Origin: Candidatus Omnitrophota bacterium
Lineage (GTDB): Bacteria; Omnitrophota; Gorgyraeia; Gygaellales; Profunditerraquicolaceae
Assembly: GCA_022710715.1 (NCBI GenBank)
Contig: JAKLGJ010000002.1
Coordinates: 147,791 to 211,790 of the forward strand
DNA: 64,000 bases
Direction of reading: 5' to 3'
Shown here one piece after another: positions 1 through 11,665 of this stretch. A program made the translations under genes and the position numbers. Position 1 is the first letter of the stretch, and the number at the start of each line of letters is the position of its first letter. The notes under the pieces were generated by a model. It saw nothing but the letters and a program-made list of their open reading frames with translations. It was not told the origin of the DNA and did not search any database.

Positions 1-381
1 TTCAAGCAGGATTTTGCCCAGGTCGGTCCGGGCCACCAGCGGGTCGATCATTTCGTCGGGAGAATCCGGCCGCAAGTTTACCCAGAACGCGCTATTGGGA
101 AGGGTCAGGCCGATCTTGAAATAGGAAAGCAGGGTGGCGGCGGATCGATTCACCTGGAGAGCGGGCATATTTTTGTCGCTCCCTCTATCCAGCAGCAGAT
201 CAAAAGCGCGGGTGCGCGCGTTGTAACCGAGTGAACGCAGATGCACCGGGCGGAAAGCGTCGGCGATCATTCCCGCCTGCGGCGCAGCCGGGCCGGAAAC
301 GGCCGGACCGATCTGGGCGAATCCGCTCTGCTCGCAGATAAAAGAAACGATCAAAATAAGACTGCATATCTTTCGCAGCAT
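1..381 (-). CDS. hypothetical secreted protein, N-terminal part only (gene continues past window start)
   Basis: ATG at 381..379 on minus strand with open frame to the window edge (absent from ORF track because it runs off the window). N-terminus MLRKICSLILIVSFICEQSGFAQ has a signal-peptide-like hydrophobic stretch. No family recognised. Confidence 0.35.
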   Translation of the reverse strand, partial: MLRKICSLILIVSFICEQSGFAQIGPAVSGPAAPQAGMIADAFRPVHLRSLGYNARTRAFDLLLDRGSDKNMPALQVNRSAATLLSYFKIGLTLPNSAFWVNLRPDSPDEMIDPLVARTDLGKILLE

Positions 382-531
382 AGGTCTTTTCCAAAGTGAT
401 TAAATAGTGGGAAAAATAAATCTGCCTGTTTACAACAGGCAGGTCGTGCGTTTATCAGCCGTATTTAAGTATGCCTTATGGCGGGAGGTTTTTCAACCGT
501 TGAGAGCCGCGAAAAGAAAGCGTTTTCTTGA

Positions 532-1239
532 CTAAAACAAGAGCACGAATTCCCCGCGCGGCCGGTTTTGCGCAAAATGCGCGAGCAGCATCGCGGGTGT
601 CCCGCGCACCACTTCTTCGAACTTCTTGGTCAACTCGCGGGCGCAGACCACTTCCTTATCCGGACAGACCACCTGAAGGTCTTCCAGCGTGGAAACGATG
701 CGGTGGCAGGATTCATAGAAGATCACCGTGCACTCCAGTTTTTTCAATGCTTCCAGCCGGTTGCGCCGGGCCTGCGAGCGCGGCGGCAGGAAACCCTGGA
801 AATAAAACTGGTGCGCCGGTTTTCCCGAGACCACCAGAGCGTGCACGAATGCGGTTGGACCCGGAATAAAAACGATTGGAATGGCGTGCGTTATGGCGAG
901 ATTGATCAGGTTGTACCCGGGGTCGAGTATGCCCGGGGTGCCGGCGTCGGAGACCAGCGCGACATTCTTGCCCTCCTGCATCAGCTTGAGCAAAACATCG
1001 GCCTTGGTAAAGCGGTTGTGCTGAAAAAAACTGGTGGTGGGCGTTTTAATGTTGTACTGGTCGAGCAGGATCTTCGTGTGCCGGGTATCCTCGCAGGCGA
1101 TCATGTCCACGGATTGCAACGTTTCTATCGCGCGCAGAGTGATGTCTTTGAGATTCCCGATAGGCGTGCAGACGATAGAGAGCATCGACGGATTACTCGA
1201 CCGTGACGGATTTGGCCAGATTTCTCGGCTGGTCGACAT
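532..1239 (-). CDS. rsmI: 16S rRNA (cytidine1402-2'-O)-methyltransferase RsmI (tetrapyrrole-methylase fold)
   Basis: Motifs TPIGNLKDITLRAIETL and ACEDTRHT are typical of RsmI. ATG at 1239 overlaps the glmS 3' end; alternative ATG at 1185 is 7 nt downstream of the glmS stop. Confidence 0.8.
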   Translation of the reverse strand: MSTSREIWPNPSRSSNPSMLSIVCTPIGNLKDITLRAIETLQSVDMIACEDTRHTKILLDQYNIKTPTTSFFQHNRFTKADVLLKLMQEGKNVALVSDAGTPGILDPGYNLINLAITHAIPIVFIPGPTAFVHALVVSGKPAHQFYFQGFLPPRSQARRNRLEALKKLECTVIFYESCHRIVSTLEDLQVVCPDKEVVCARELTKKFEEVVRGTPAMLLAHFAQNRPRGEFVLLF

Positions 1240-3031
1240 CACAGCCGCGCATCACCGAAATATGATAGGCCAGAAGCTGCAGCGGGATAACCGTGATCAG
1301 CGGAGAGAACAGCTCTTCCACTGCCGGGATATAGATGACATCCTGGACCAGATCGGTGATCTTGTCGTCCCCTTCGGTGGCGATAGCGATGATCTTGCCT
1401 TTGCGGCTATGTATCTCCTGGATATTGGAGATCATTTTATCGTACACCCTCGACTGGGGCGCGATGCAGACCACAGCCCGGTACTCGTCGATCAAGGCGA
1501 TCGGCCCGTGCTTCATCTCTCCGGCGGCATACCCTTCGGCCGGAATATAAGAAATTTCTTTGAGTTTCAGGGCGCCTTCCAGAGCCGTGGGGAAATTGAT
1601 ATTGCGCCCCAGGAAGAGGAATGAGCCGAAGTGGGTGTGATGGTGAGCGACGTCGGCAATATCATCCTGATGTTTCAACACCTCCGCGATCAGCTGCGGG
1701 ATGTTCCGCAACAGGGCAATCCCCTTCTTTACTTCCGCAGCTGGCCGCAAGCCGCGGATCTGGGCCAGATAAAAAGCAAACAGGTACAGCGCGGTCAGCT
1801 GGGCGGTATAGGCCTTGGTCGAAGCGACCCCGATCTCGGGACCGGCATGGGTATAGATCACCCCGTCGGACTCGCGGGTCAGCGTCGAACCAAGAACATT
1901 GCAGATGGCCAGGATCGGGGATCCGTGTTCGCGGGCCTGCCGGATGCCCGCGAGGGTATCCGCGGTCTCGCCGGATTGGCTGATGGCGATAACCAGGGTG
2001 CCCTTGTCGATGAGCAGATCCCGGTAACGGAATTCGCTGGAGACATCCACAGCGACCGGGATGCCGCAGACGTTTTCGATAATATATTTGCCCACGATGC
2101 CGGCGTGATACGCCGTGCCGCAGGCAACGATAGCGATGGAAGATATTTCTTTCAGCCGGGTTTCGGGAATATGCTGCTCTTCGAAACCGATCGTTCCGGC
2201 GTCCTTATGGATACGCGCGTTGATCAGTTGTTCGATGATGCGCGGCTGTTCATTGATCTCCTTGAGCATGAAATGCTTATATCCCTGCTTCTCGGCCTGG
2301 GTGATGTCCCAGCTGATGCGCGAAACCTTCTGCGCGACGGGATTTCCCTGGATATCGGTGATGCGGCAGCCGTCCCGGCCCAGGACGACCATCTGGCGTT
2401 CTTCCAGGAAAATGATATCCTTGGTGGAGTCCAGGATTGCCGGCACGTCCGAAGCGATGAAATTCTCGTCTTTGCCCACGCCGACGATCAACGGGCTGCC
2501 CAGCCGGGCGCCGATAAGCTTATCCGGCTCTTTGCTGGCGATCACCCCGATGGCAAAAGAACCTTCCAGGCGGCCAAGCGTCCGGCGCACCGCCTCTTCC
2601 AGCGACGAATTCTCGAGGAACCGCTCGATCAGGTGAACGATGACCTCGGTGTCGGTCTGGCTGACAAAAGAATGTCCTTCTTTTTGCAGCTCTTCGCGCA
2701 GCAGCGCATAATTCTCGATGATGCCGTTATGCACCACCGCGATTTCCTGATGGCAATCGTAATGCGGATGGGCGTTGGCCTGCGTGGGTGCGCCGTGGGT
2801 CGCCCAGCGGGTATGCGCGATGCCAACAACTCCGTCGAGCGGTTTTTTCTCGAGGATGGCTTCCAGCGCCCTGATCTTACCCGGGGCCTTGCGCAGGGAG
2901 ATTTTGTTCTTGGAGGAGAGGATCAGGGCCATGCCGCTCGAATCGTATCCCCGGTATTCCAGACGCTTCAACCCGGTGAGCAGGATGTTTTGCGCAGACC
3001 TGTTGCCGATATAACCAACTATGCCACACAT
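1193..3031 (-). CDS. glmS: glutamine--fructose-6-phosphate aminotransferase (isomerising)
   Basis: N-terminus MCGIVGYIG (Cys-1 nucleophile) and two SIS domains. The ORF-track start at 3088 is upstream of the true MCGIVG start at 3031. Confidence 0.9.
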   Translation of the reverse strand: MCGIVGYIGNRSAQNILLTGLKRLEYRGYDSSGMALILSSKNKISLRKAPGKIRALEAILEKKPLDGVVGIAHTRWATHGAPTQANAHPHYDCHQEIAVVHNGIIENYALLREELQKEGHSFVSQTDTEVIVHLIERFLENSSLEEAVRRTLGRLEGSFAIGVIASKEPDKLIGARLGSPLIVGVGKDENFIASDVPAILDSTKDIIFLEERQMVVLGRDGCRITDIQGNPVAQKVSRISWDITQAEKQGYKHFMLKEINEQPRIIEQLINARIHKDAGTIGFEEQHIPETRLKEISSIAIVACGTAYHAGIVGKYIIENVCGIPVAVDVSSEFRYRDLLIDKGTLVIAISQSGETADTLAGIRQAREHGSPILAICNVLGSTLTRESDGVIYTHAGPEIGVASTKAYTAQLTALYLFAFYLAQIRGLRPAAEVKKGIALLRNIPQLIAEVLKHQDDIADVAHHHTHFGSFLFLGRNINFPTALEGALKLKEISYIPAEGYAAGEMKHGPIALIDEYRAVVCIAPQSRVYDKMISNIQEIHSRKGKIIAIATEGDDKITDLVQDVIYIPAVEELFSPLITVIPLQLLAYHISVMRGCDVDQPRNLAKSVTVE

Positions 3032-3079
3032 GGCGAGGTTTCCTTCTTTTGGCGGGCTGTTGTACGCGCTGCAATTTAA

Positions 3080-3154
3080 CGTCCCCACGGGGATTTGAAC
3101 CCCGGTCGAAAGCTTGAAAAGCTTTTGTCCTAGACCAGGCTAGACGATGGGGAC
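3080..3154 (-). tRNA. tRNA-Glu (anticodon TTC)
   Basis: Reverse complement GTCCCCATCGTCTAGCCTGGTCTAGGAC...GGTTCAAATCCCCGTGGGGACG folds as a cloverleaf. Anticodon loop TTTTCAA, acceptor GTCCCCA/TGGGGAC. Confidence 0.8.
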
Positions 3155-3160
3155 ATACAT

Positions 3161-5593
3161 CTATTCTTCTTCGTCGGCGATTACCGGAGCGGTGCAGGAA
3201 ACCCTGTCTTTGTCGTCCAGCTTGATCAAACGCACACCCTGCGCCGCCCTGCCGGTCGCGCGGATGTCTTTGATCGCGCAACGCAGGAAAACGCCGTGCT
3301 CGGTGATCACCATCAATTCATCATTGTCGCTGACGGACTTCATCCCGACAGCTTCGCCGTTCTTGTCGGTAACGGTAATATTAATAATACCTTTGCCGCC
3401 GCGGTTGGTCAAGCGATATTCTTCGATGGGAGTGCGCTTGGCAAACCCCAGTTCGGTGACGGTCAATACCGTCGTATCTTTCTGCGGCACGATCATCGCG
3501 ATAACCTCGTCCTTCTTGGCCAGCGAAATGCCGCGCACGCCTTTCGCTCCCCGGCCCATATCGCGCACCAGGTCCTCATTGAACCGGATGGCCTTGCCCT
3601 GCCGGGTGCCGATGAGCAGCTCTTGCTTGCCGTCCGTCATCGCCACGGTAATCAGCACATCGTCCTTTTCCAGGGAAATCCCGATGATCCCGCCTTTGCG
3701 CGGATTGCTGTAGGCGTCGAGTTTGGTCTTCTTGATCGCGCCCTGCCGGGTGACCATCACCAGGAACTTGTCCGGGCTGAATTCCCGAACCGGCACCGTA
3801 GAGCTGACCTGTTCTCCGGATTTCAGCTCCAGCAGGTTGACGATCGACTTTCCCTTGGACTGACGGCTGGCCTGCGGTATTTCATACACCTTGAGCCAGT
3901 AAACCTGTCCCTTATCGGTAAAGATGAGCAGGTATTCCTTGGTCGAGGCCACAAAGAGATGTTCGATGAAATCCTCTTCCTTGACTTCCGCGCCGGTAAC
4001 CCCCTTGCCTCCGCGTTTCTGTTTGCGGTAAGCGCTGACCGGCAGGCGTTTGATGTATCCGCCGTGGCTGATGGTCACCACCACGTCTTCGTCGGCGATC
4101 AAATCATCGATTTCCAGCTCTTCCACTTCGCCGACGATGTCGGTGCGGCGCGGGTCGCCGTATTTTTTCTTGAGTTCCGCCAGTTCGTCCTTGATGATTG
4201 CCTCGATCTTCTTCTCCGAAGCCAGGATGGCGCGGCACTGCTCTATCTTTTTAAGCAACTCCAGGTATTCGGCTTCGATCTTATCGCGCTCCAGGGCGGT
4301 CAACCGCTGCAGCTGCATCTCCAGGATCGCCTGCGCCTGTATCTCGGATAGCCCGAACTCCTTCACCAGGTTCTCTTTGGCCACCGGAACGGTCTTCGAG
4401 GTCTTGATGACTTTTATGATCCGGTCGATAAACTTCAGCGCGATCTTGTACCCTTCCAGGATATGCGCCCGCTTCAACGCTTTATCCAGCTCGAACTGCG
4501 TACGGCGGCGGATAATCACTTTGCGATGACCGATGTAGCACACCAGCAGCTCGCGTAAATTCAACACGCGCGGCCGGTTTTCCACCAAAGCCAGCATGAT
4601 GATGCCGAAGGTCGTCTCCAGCTGCGTGTGCTTGAAAAGCTGATTGAGCACGATCTGCGGCTCGACATCGCGCTTCAGTTCGAACACAATGCGCATGCCG
4701 TCCTTATCGGATTCGTCGCGTATATCGGAAATGCCCTCGATCTTTTTGTCTTCGCACAATCCCGCGGCAGCCTCTATCACGGCGGATTTCTGCACCTGAT
4801 ACGGGATCTCCGTCACAATGATCATATCCTTGCCGTTCTTCTGATGCTCGATGCTGGCGCGCGCGCGCACGATCACCTTGCCGCGACCGGTCAGATACGC
4901 TTCTTTGATCCCGGTCTTGCCGCAGATGACCCCGCCGGTGGCGAAATCCGGTCCCTTGATGAATTTCATCAGATCCTTGATCTCGGCGTCGGGATTATCG
5001 ATACAATACATGATTGCGTCCGCGACTTCATTCAGATTATGAGACGGGATGTTGGTCGCCATGCCTACGGCGATACCGCTGGAACCGTTGACCAAAAGAT
5101 TCGGCAAAGCGGACGGAAGCAATAACGGCTCCTTGAGAGAAGCGTCGAAATTGGGGCCGAAATTCACCGTATCTTTATCGATATCCCCGAGCATCTCGTC
5201 GGCTATCGCCGCCATCCTGGCTTCCGTGTAACGCATGGCCGCCGCGCTGTCCCCGTCGACGGATCCGAAGTTCCCCTGACCCTCGACAAGCGGATACCGC
5301 AAGGAAAAATCCTGCGCCATTCTGACCAGCGTGTCGTAAACAGCCGTGTCGCCGTGCGGATGATATTTACCCAGTACCTCGCCGACGATACGCGCGCATT
5401 TCTTATAGGGCTTCGAATGTTCCAGCCCCAGCTCCTGCATGGCGTATAAAACCCTGCGATGCACGGGCTTTAACCCGTCGCGCACATCGGGCAGGGCGCG
5501 GCCGACGATTACGGACATGGAATAATTCAGATACGCGTCCTTGACTTCGGTAACGATCTCAATAGGCACTATCTTTTCGTTTTGAGTATACAT
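3161..5593 (-). CDS. gyrA: DNA gyrase subunit A
   Basis: 810 aa. The block [29 protein letters not shown] is the canonical GyrA N-terminus. Confidence 0.95.
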   Translation of the reverse strand: MYTQNEKIVPIEIVTEVKDAYLNYSMSVIVGRALPDVRDGLKPVHRRVLYAMQELGLEHSKPYKKCARIVGEVLGKYHPHGDTAVYDTLVRMAQDFSLRYPLVEGQGNFGSVDGDSAAAMRYTEARMAAIADEMLGDIDKDTVNFGPNFDASLKEPLLLPSALPNLLVNGSSGIAVGMATNIPSHNLNEVADAIMYCIDNPDAEIKDLMKFIKGPDFATGGVICGKTGIKEAYLTGRGKVIVRARASIEHQKNGKDMIIVTEIPYQVQKSAVIEAAAGLCEDKKIEGISDIRDESDKDGMRIVFELKRDVEPQIVLNQLFKHTQLETTFGIIMLALVENRPRVLNLRELLVCYIGHRKVIIRRRTQFELDKALKRAHILEGYKIALKFIDRIIKVIKTSKTVPVAKENLVKEFGLSEIQAQAILEMQLQRLTALERDKIEAEYLELLKKIEQCRAILASEKKIEAIIKDELAELKKKYGDPRRTDIVGEVEELEIDDLIADEDVVVTISHGGYIKRLPVSAYRKQKRGGKGVTGAEVKEEDFIEHLFVASTKEYLLIFTDKGQVYWLKVYEIPQASRQSKGKSIVNLLELKSGEQVSSTVPVREFSPDKFLVMVTRQGAIKKTKLDAYSNPRKGGIIGISLEKDDVLITVAMTDGKQELLIGTRQGKAIRFNEDLVRDMGRGAKGVRGISLAKKDEVIAMIVPQKDTTVLTVTELGFAKRTPIEEYRLTNRGGKGIINITVTDKNGEAVGMKSVSDNDELMVITEHGVFLRCAIKDIRATGRAAQGVRLIKLDDKDRVSCTAPVIADEEE

Positions 5594-5595
5594 GG

Positions 5596-8070
<2,475 letters not shown>

Positions 8071-8078
8071 TTATTGTA

Positions 8079-8414
8079 TCAAAGACCAGCGGATTTGCAA
8101 CTGTTTTTAATCGCCCGGGCCCGGCTGCTGCCGGTTGCGCCGACGCTCAAGCGGATATCCTTGATCTCTGCGCAGAAGGCCGCGAGCTTGTCTTTCAACT
8201 CCTGCCTGCGCAGGTTCAGATGATACAGCCGGCTTGACGAATCCACTTTTAATCCCAGCACGCCGTTGCGAAAATAAGCCACCGCGACATACCGGCGCTC
8301 CTGTTTGGTCAAAACCCTGTCCAGCCAATCGTCCGGACCCGGCGCGGGGCCGGCGCCGCCGTGTTTATGCAGATTATTAAGAACCGCCTGGACCGTCGTC
8401 TTGATGTCTTCCAT
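8079..8414 (-). CDS. DUF721-like small protein (the position recF-associated ORFs usually occupy)
   Basis: 111 aa ORF between dnaN and gyrB, abutting the dnaN stop. Size and position match DUF721/DciA-like proteins. The sequence match is weak. Confidence 0.45.
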   Translation of the reverse strand: MEDIKTTVQAVLNNLHKHGGAGPAPGPDDWLDRVLTKQERRYVAVAYFRNGVLGLKVDSSSRLYHLNLRRQELKDKLAAFCAEIKDIRLSVGATGSSRARAIKNSCKSAGL

Positions 8415-9506
8415 TTATCCCAGACGCATCGGCAGTACGATGTACACATACCCTTCGCTGCGCAGCACCGCGGGTTTCTCGCTGCCGGTTATTTCGATCT
8501 CCACTTTGTCCAGCGGAAGGTTCTTCAGAACGTCGATAAGATACCCGGGGTTGAATCCGATCACCAGCTCTTTACCCGAATACTCGCCGGAAATTTCCTC
8601 GCGCGACTCGCCCACATCCGGGGTCGATTTTGAGATCACCACCTTGTCTTTAAAAATCTCGAACTTCACCGCTTGATAATCCGGCGTCGCCAGCAAAGCT
8701 GCGCGTCGCACCGCAAGCAAAAACTGTTCGCGGTTAACCCTGATCTTGTGTTCGGCCGCCTGGGGAACCACCTGTTTGTAATCCGGGAACTCGCCCTCGA
8801 TCAACCGCGAAATGATGATCGAATCCTTAAAATCAAACAGGACCTGGTTCGGCCCGATCACCAGCGAAAGATCTCCCTCATCTTTAAGATTGCGCATCAG
8901 CTCCTGGATAGTTTTGAGGGGAACAATGATGCGAATTTCCTTATTGAAAGATTGTTTCAGTTTTTTAGTGCTGATGGCCAGCCGCTTGCCGTCCGTGGCT
9001 ACCAATGTGCAACTATTTTGGGAAAAAGCGAATAAAATACCGTTCAGGATATATCTGGTCTCATCCAAAGACACCGCGAAGGCGGTCTGGTTGAGCATCT
9101 GTTTCAATATCGACTGTTCGATCTGAATCACTTCCTTGTCTTTAAACTCCGGGAGTTTGGGGAATTCTTCCGCCGGCAACCCGATAATTTTAAACTGGCA
9201 TAGTTTGGTTTCTATGATCACAATATTATTCTTTTTTGTATTTATCTCTACTGTGGTTTCCGATAATTCACGGATAATATTGCTGAATCTTCGCGCCGGA
9301 AGAGTTATGGCGCCTGTCTCCAGGATATTCACAGGAATTACACAGCTTATTCCAATATTCAAATCCGTGGCGGTCAGGCGTAAAGAATCCTTGTGCGCTT
9401 CCAATAAAAAATTGGATAGTATAGGTAAGGTGGATTTGGTACTGATAACATTTTGTATGGTATCAATCCCCCGTAAGAGAACATCTTTATCAACCTTAAA
9501 TTTCAT
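8415..9506 (-). CDS. dnaN: DNA polymerase III beta sliding clamp
   Basis: 363 aa, N-terminus MKFKVDKDVLLRGIDTIQNVISTKSTLPILSNFLLEA, three-domain clamp length. Confidence 0.9.
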   Translation of the reverse strand: MKFKVDKDVLLRGIDTIQNVISTKSTLPILSNFLLEAHKDSLRLTATDLNIGISCVIPVNILETGAITLPARRFSNIIRELSETTVEINTKKNNIVIIETKLCQFKIIGLPAEEFPKLPEFKDKEVIQIEQSILKQMLNQTAFAVSLDETRYILNGILFAFSQNSCTLVATDGKRLAISTKKLKQSFNKEIRIIVPLKTIQELMRNLKDEGDLSLVIGPNQVLFDFKDSIIISRLIEGEFPDYKQVVPQAAEHKIRVNREQFLLAVRRAALLATPDYQAVKFEIFKDKVVISKSTPDVGESREEISGEYSGKELVIGFNPGYLIDVLKNLPLDKVEIEITGSEKPAVLRSEGYVYIVLPMRLG

Positions 9507-9646
9507 GGTACTCCTTTCTGTTATTAATAATATCTTAAATCAATAAATCATAGAATTAGTAATGGGTTTTGTTTCTGTTAAAAACTTCTTAATGCATTGT
9601 TAAAAAGAGCGTTAAAGAAAAAAGAACCTGTGAATATCCTTGGGGC

Positions 9647-10981
9647 TCATTGTTGAATGATGTGTATAAGTCTTCCCACCTTCTCTTTAAAACTGTCATT
9701 TACCCCCATCTCATCCTTGACTTTATTATATGAATGCAGGACGGTAGTGTGATCTTTTCCCCCAAAATGCGTCCCGATCTCGGGAAAAGACAGATCCGTG
9801 AGCTCGCGGCTCAAAAACATGGCGATTTGCCGGGGAATAACGATATTTTTATTGCGCCGGCGCATCTTGAGATCCTGCAAGGACACCCCGAATTCTTCGG
9901 CTACACAACGTTGAATAAAGTCAACCGTAACCAGCTTTTTCGGTTCCCGCAAAAGGTCTTTCAATACTTCTTTAGCCAGATCCAGGGTGATGGGTTTTTC
10001 TTCCAGCAGCGAATACGCGATAATGCGGATCAGGGCGCCTTCCAGCTCGCGGATATTGGTTTTGATCAGCTGCGCGATAAAAAAGATGACTTCATCGCTG
10101 ACCGTGACCGGTTCGCGCTCGATCTTCTTTTTTAAAATGGCCACCCGGGTTTCCAGGTCCGGCGGCTGCACGTCGGTGGTTAAGCCCCAGCTGAACCGCG
10201 ATACCAGGCGGTCCTGGAGATTTGCGATTTCCTTGGGGGTGCGGTCCGAGGAAATAATAATCTGTTTGTGCGCGTCATACAGCGCATTGAAGGTGTGAAA
10301 AAACTCTTCCTGCGTCGATTCTTTTCCGGCGATGAAATGGATATCGTCCAGCACCAGAACGTCGACATTGCGGAATTTCTGACGAAAGGCCGCGGTCGAA
10401 TGATGTTGAATGGCGTCGATCAATTCGTTGGTAAAGCGCTCCGAAGGCAGATAGCAGATTTTCAGCTGTCCGAAAGTTTCGCGGACATAATGACAGATCG
10501 CCTGCATGAGATGGGTTTTCCCCAGCCCCACGCCTCCGTAAATGAAAAGTGGATTATAGGTTTTGCCGGGCGCTTTGGCTACGGCCAGCGAATAAGCGTG
10601 CGCGTGCCGGTTTGAGGCGCCCAGGACGAAATTTTCAAAGGTGTAGCGGGGATTCAAAGAAAGGTCCTGGGGATACGTGACGGTTTTTACCGGCTCGCCC
10701 GAACCGGAGGCCTTACTTTGAACGTGGGCCCGGGCCGGGCTGACTTCGATCACCAGGTCAAGGTCTTCTTTTCCGGCTTGTTGTACTGCTGCCAGCAGCG
10801 CCGCGCGGTAATGTTGCTCCACCCAATCTTTGAAAAAACTGTCCGGCGCCAGAACGATCACGGTATGCTTGGATTTTTCTTTAAAGGTCAGCGGGGAAAT
10901 CCAGGTTTGAAAGACCGTTTCCGGAAGTTTAGCCTTGAGGAGTGTTTGGGCTTCTGCCCAGAGCTTCTGAACTTCAGACAT
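9647..10981 (-). CDS. dnaA: chromosomal replication initiator DnaA
   Basis: Walker A GGVGLGKTHL, AAA+ domain and C-terminal DnaA-box-binding HTH. Start preferred at MSEVQKLW (10981) rather than the track M at 11002. Confidence 0.9.
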   Translation of the reverse strand: MSEVQKLWAEAQTLLKAKLPETVFQTWISPLTFKEKSKHTVIVLAPDSFFKDWVEQHYRAALLAAVQQAGKEDLDLVIEVSPARAHVQSKASGSGEPVKTVTYPQDLSLNPRYTFENFVLGASNRHAHAYSLAVAKAPGKTYNPLFIYGGVGLGKTHLMQAICHYVRETFGQLKICYLPSERFTNELIDAIQHHSTAAFRQKFRNVDVLVLDDIHFIAGKESTQEEFFHTFNALYDAHKQIIISSDRTPKEIANLQDRLVSRFSWGLTTDVQPPDLETRVAILKKKIEREPVTVSDEVIFFIAQLIKTNIRELEGALIRIIAYSLLEEKPITLDLAKEVLKDLLREPKKLVTVDFIQRCVAEEFGVSLQDLKMRRRNKNIVIPRQIAMFLSRELTDLSFPEIGTHFGGKDHTTVLHSYNKVKDEMGVNDSFKEKVGRLIHIIQQ

Positions 10982-11225
10982 GGGTTTATTCACACAATCC
11001 ACAGGTTATACACAGAGTGCATAACTTTGTGGAAAACTTTTTTAGGACCGCACAGATCAACCGACAGATTTACAGCAAAAATCATTATACTCTCATTTTA
11101 AAAGTCGTCAACTAAAATAACCGTCCGCGCAGAACAAAATTCGGTTTTGCCCGGCAACAAACGATGGTCGCCTCCATGCACCGGCGTGGCGTAAACAAAT
11201 TTTGTCAGGGAGCAAAGACTAAGTG
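10982..11225. other. putative oriC: DnaA-box-like cluster plus AT-rich unwinding stretch in the dnaA/rpmH divergent intergenic region
   Basis: One-mismatch DnaA boxes at 10986-10994, 11006-11014 and 11028-11036 (the last inverted). One two-mismatch box at 10995-11003. AT-rich run at about 11070-11125. Confidence 0.5.
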
Positions 11226-11253
11226 TTGACAGAAGTTCGAATTGTGTTATAAT
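11226..11253 (+). promoter_or_regulatory. sigma70-type promoter for the rpmH operon
   Basis: TTGACA, a 16-nt spacer containing TGT (extended -10), then TATAAT. About 55 nt upstream of rpmH. Confidence 0.55.
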
Positions 11254-11308
11254 AAAAAAACTCAAATTCGGCAACCATTTTTTAAAGCACCAAGGAGAAC
11301 TATTTGCC

Positions 11309-11446
11309 ATGAAGAAAAATCTGACAACCCCATCCAACATTGTCGGCAAGCGCAGCCAGGGATTCCTCAAGCGCATGGCTTCGAAGGGCGGCAGAAACGT
11401 TGTGTCTGCTCGACGGAGAAAAGGAAGAAAAAAGCTTTGTATCTAA
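11309..11446 (+). CDS. rpmH: 50S ribosomal protein L34
   Basis: 45 aa (below the ORF-track size cutoff): [55 protein letters not shown] lies 10 nt upstream. Confidence 0.85.
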   Translation: MKKNLTTPSNIVGKRSQGFLKRMASKGGRNVVSARRRKGRKKLCI

Positions 11447-11661
11447 CGTTACAGAAGCTGTTTATCCACAGCATCGCCCTGTATCAACGCTATGTGAGCA
11501 GCCTGTTGCCTCACCATTGCCGCTTCCGGCCGAGCTGTTCCGAGTATGCCGTTGAGGCGGTGGTACGCCATGGATTTGTGCGAGGCGGATACAAAGCCCT
11601 GGCGCGCATTCTTCGCTGTCATCCCTTTTCCGGAAAATCCGGATACGATCCACTAATATAA
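11437..11661 (+). CDS. yidD: membrane protein insertion efficiency factor YidD
   Basis: C-terminal part of track ORF 11242..11661 has the YidD signature [44 protein letters not shown]. No in-frame ATG; a TTG/CTG start overlapping the rpmH 3' end is inferred. Confidence 0.7.
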   Translation: MYLTLQKLFIHSIALYQRYVSSLLPHHCRFRPSCSEYAVEAVVRHGFVRGGYKALARILRCHPFSGKSGYDPLI

Positions 11662-11665
11662 CTCT

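Noticed and set aside
200-394. Track ORF 200..394 (-), 64 aa, Arg-rich
   Set aside because: Different frame from, and fully overlapped by, the longer signal-peptide ORF starting at 381 that runs off the window. Composition is typical of a GC-rich shadow frame.
1631-3079. Long antisense or alternative-frame ORFs inside confidently assigned genes (e.g. 1631..3079 in glmS, 3296..4351 in gyrA, 23720..24787 in trkH, 28985..30037 in rarA, 32285..33634 in rny/ymdB, 33814..35208 in the GH gene, 35781..36329 in xseA, 58815..60371 in the RND gene)
   Set aside because: They are shadow ORFs expected in GC-rich DNA. Their translations are low-complexity Arg/Ala/Gly-rich with no recognisable motifs, and the overlapping sense genes have strong family signatures.
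9507-9646. AT-rich dnaN-dnaA intergenic region as a second oriC half
   Set aside because: Only two-mismatch DnaA-box-like sequences were found (e.g. ATATTCACA). It is kept as a possibility inside the oriC finding but not annotated as a separate feature.
11462-11470. Perfect consensus DnaA box TTATCCACA inside yidD coding sequence
   Set aside because: Single isolated 9-mer within a coding region about 450 nt from the box cluster. It could be chance. Noted but not called as part of oriC.
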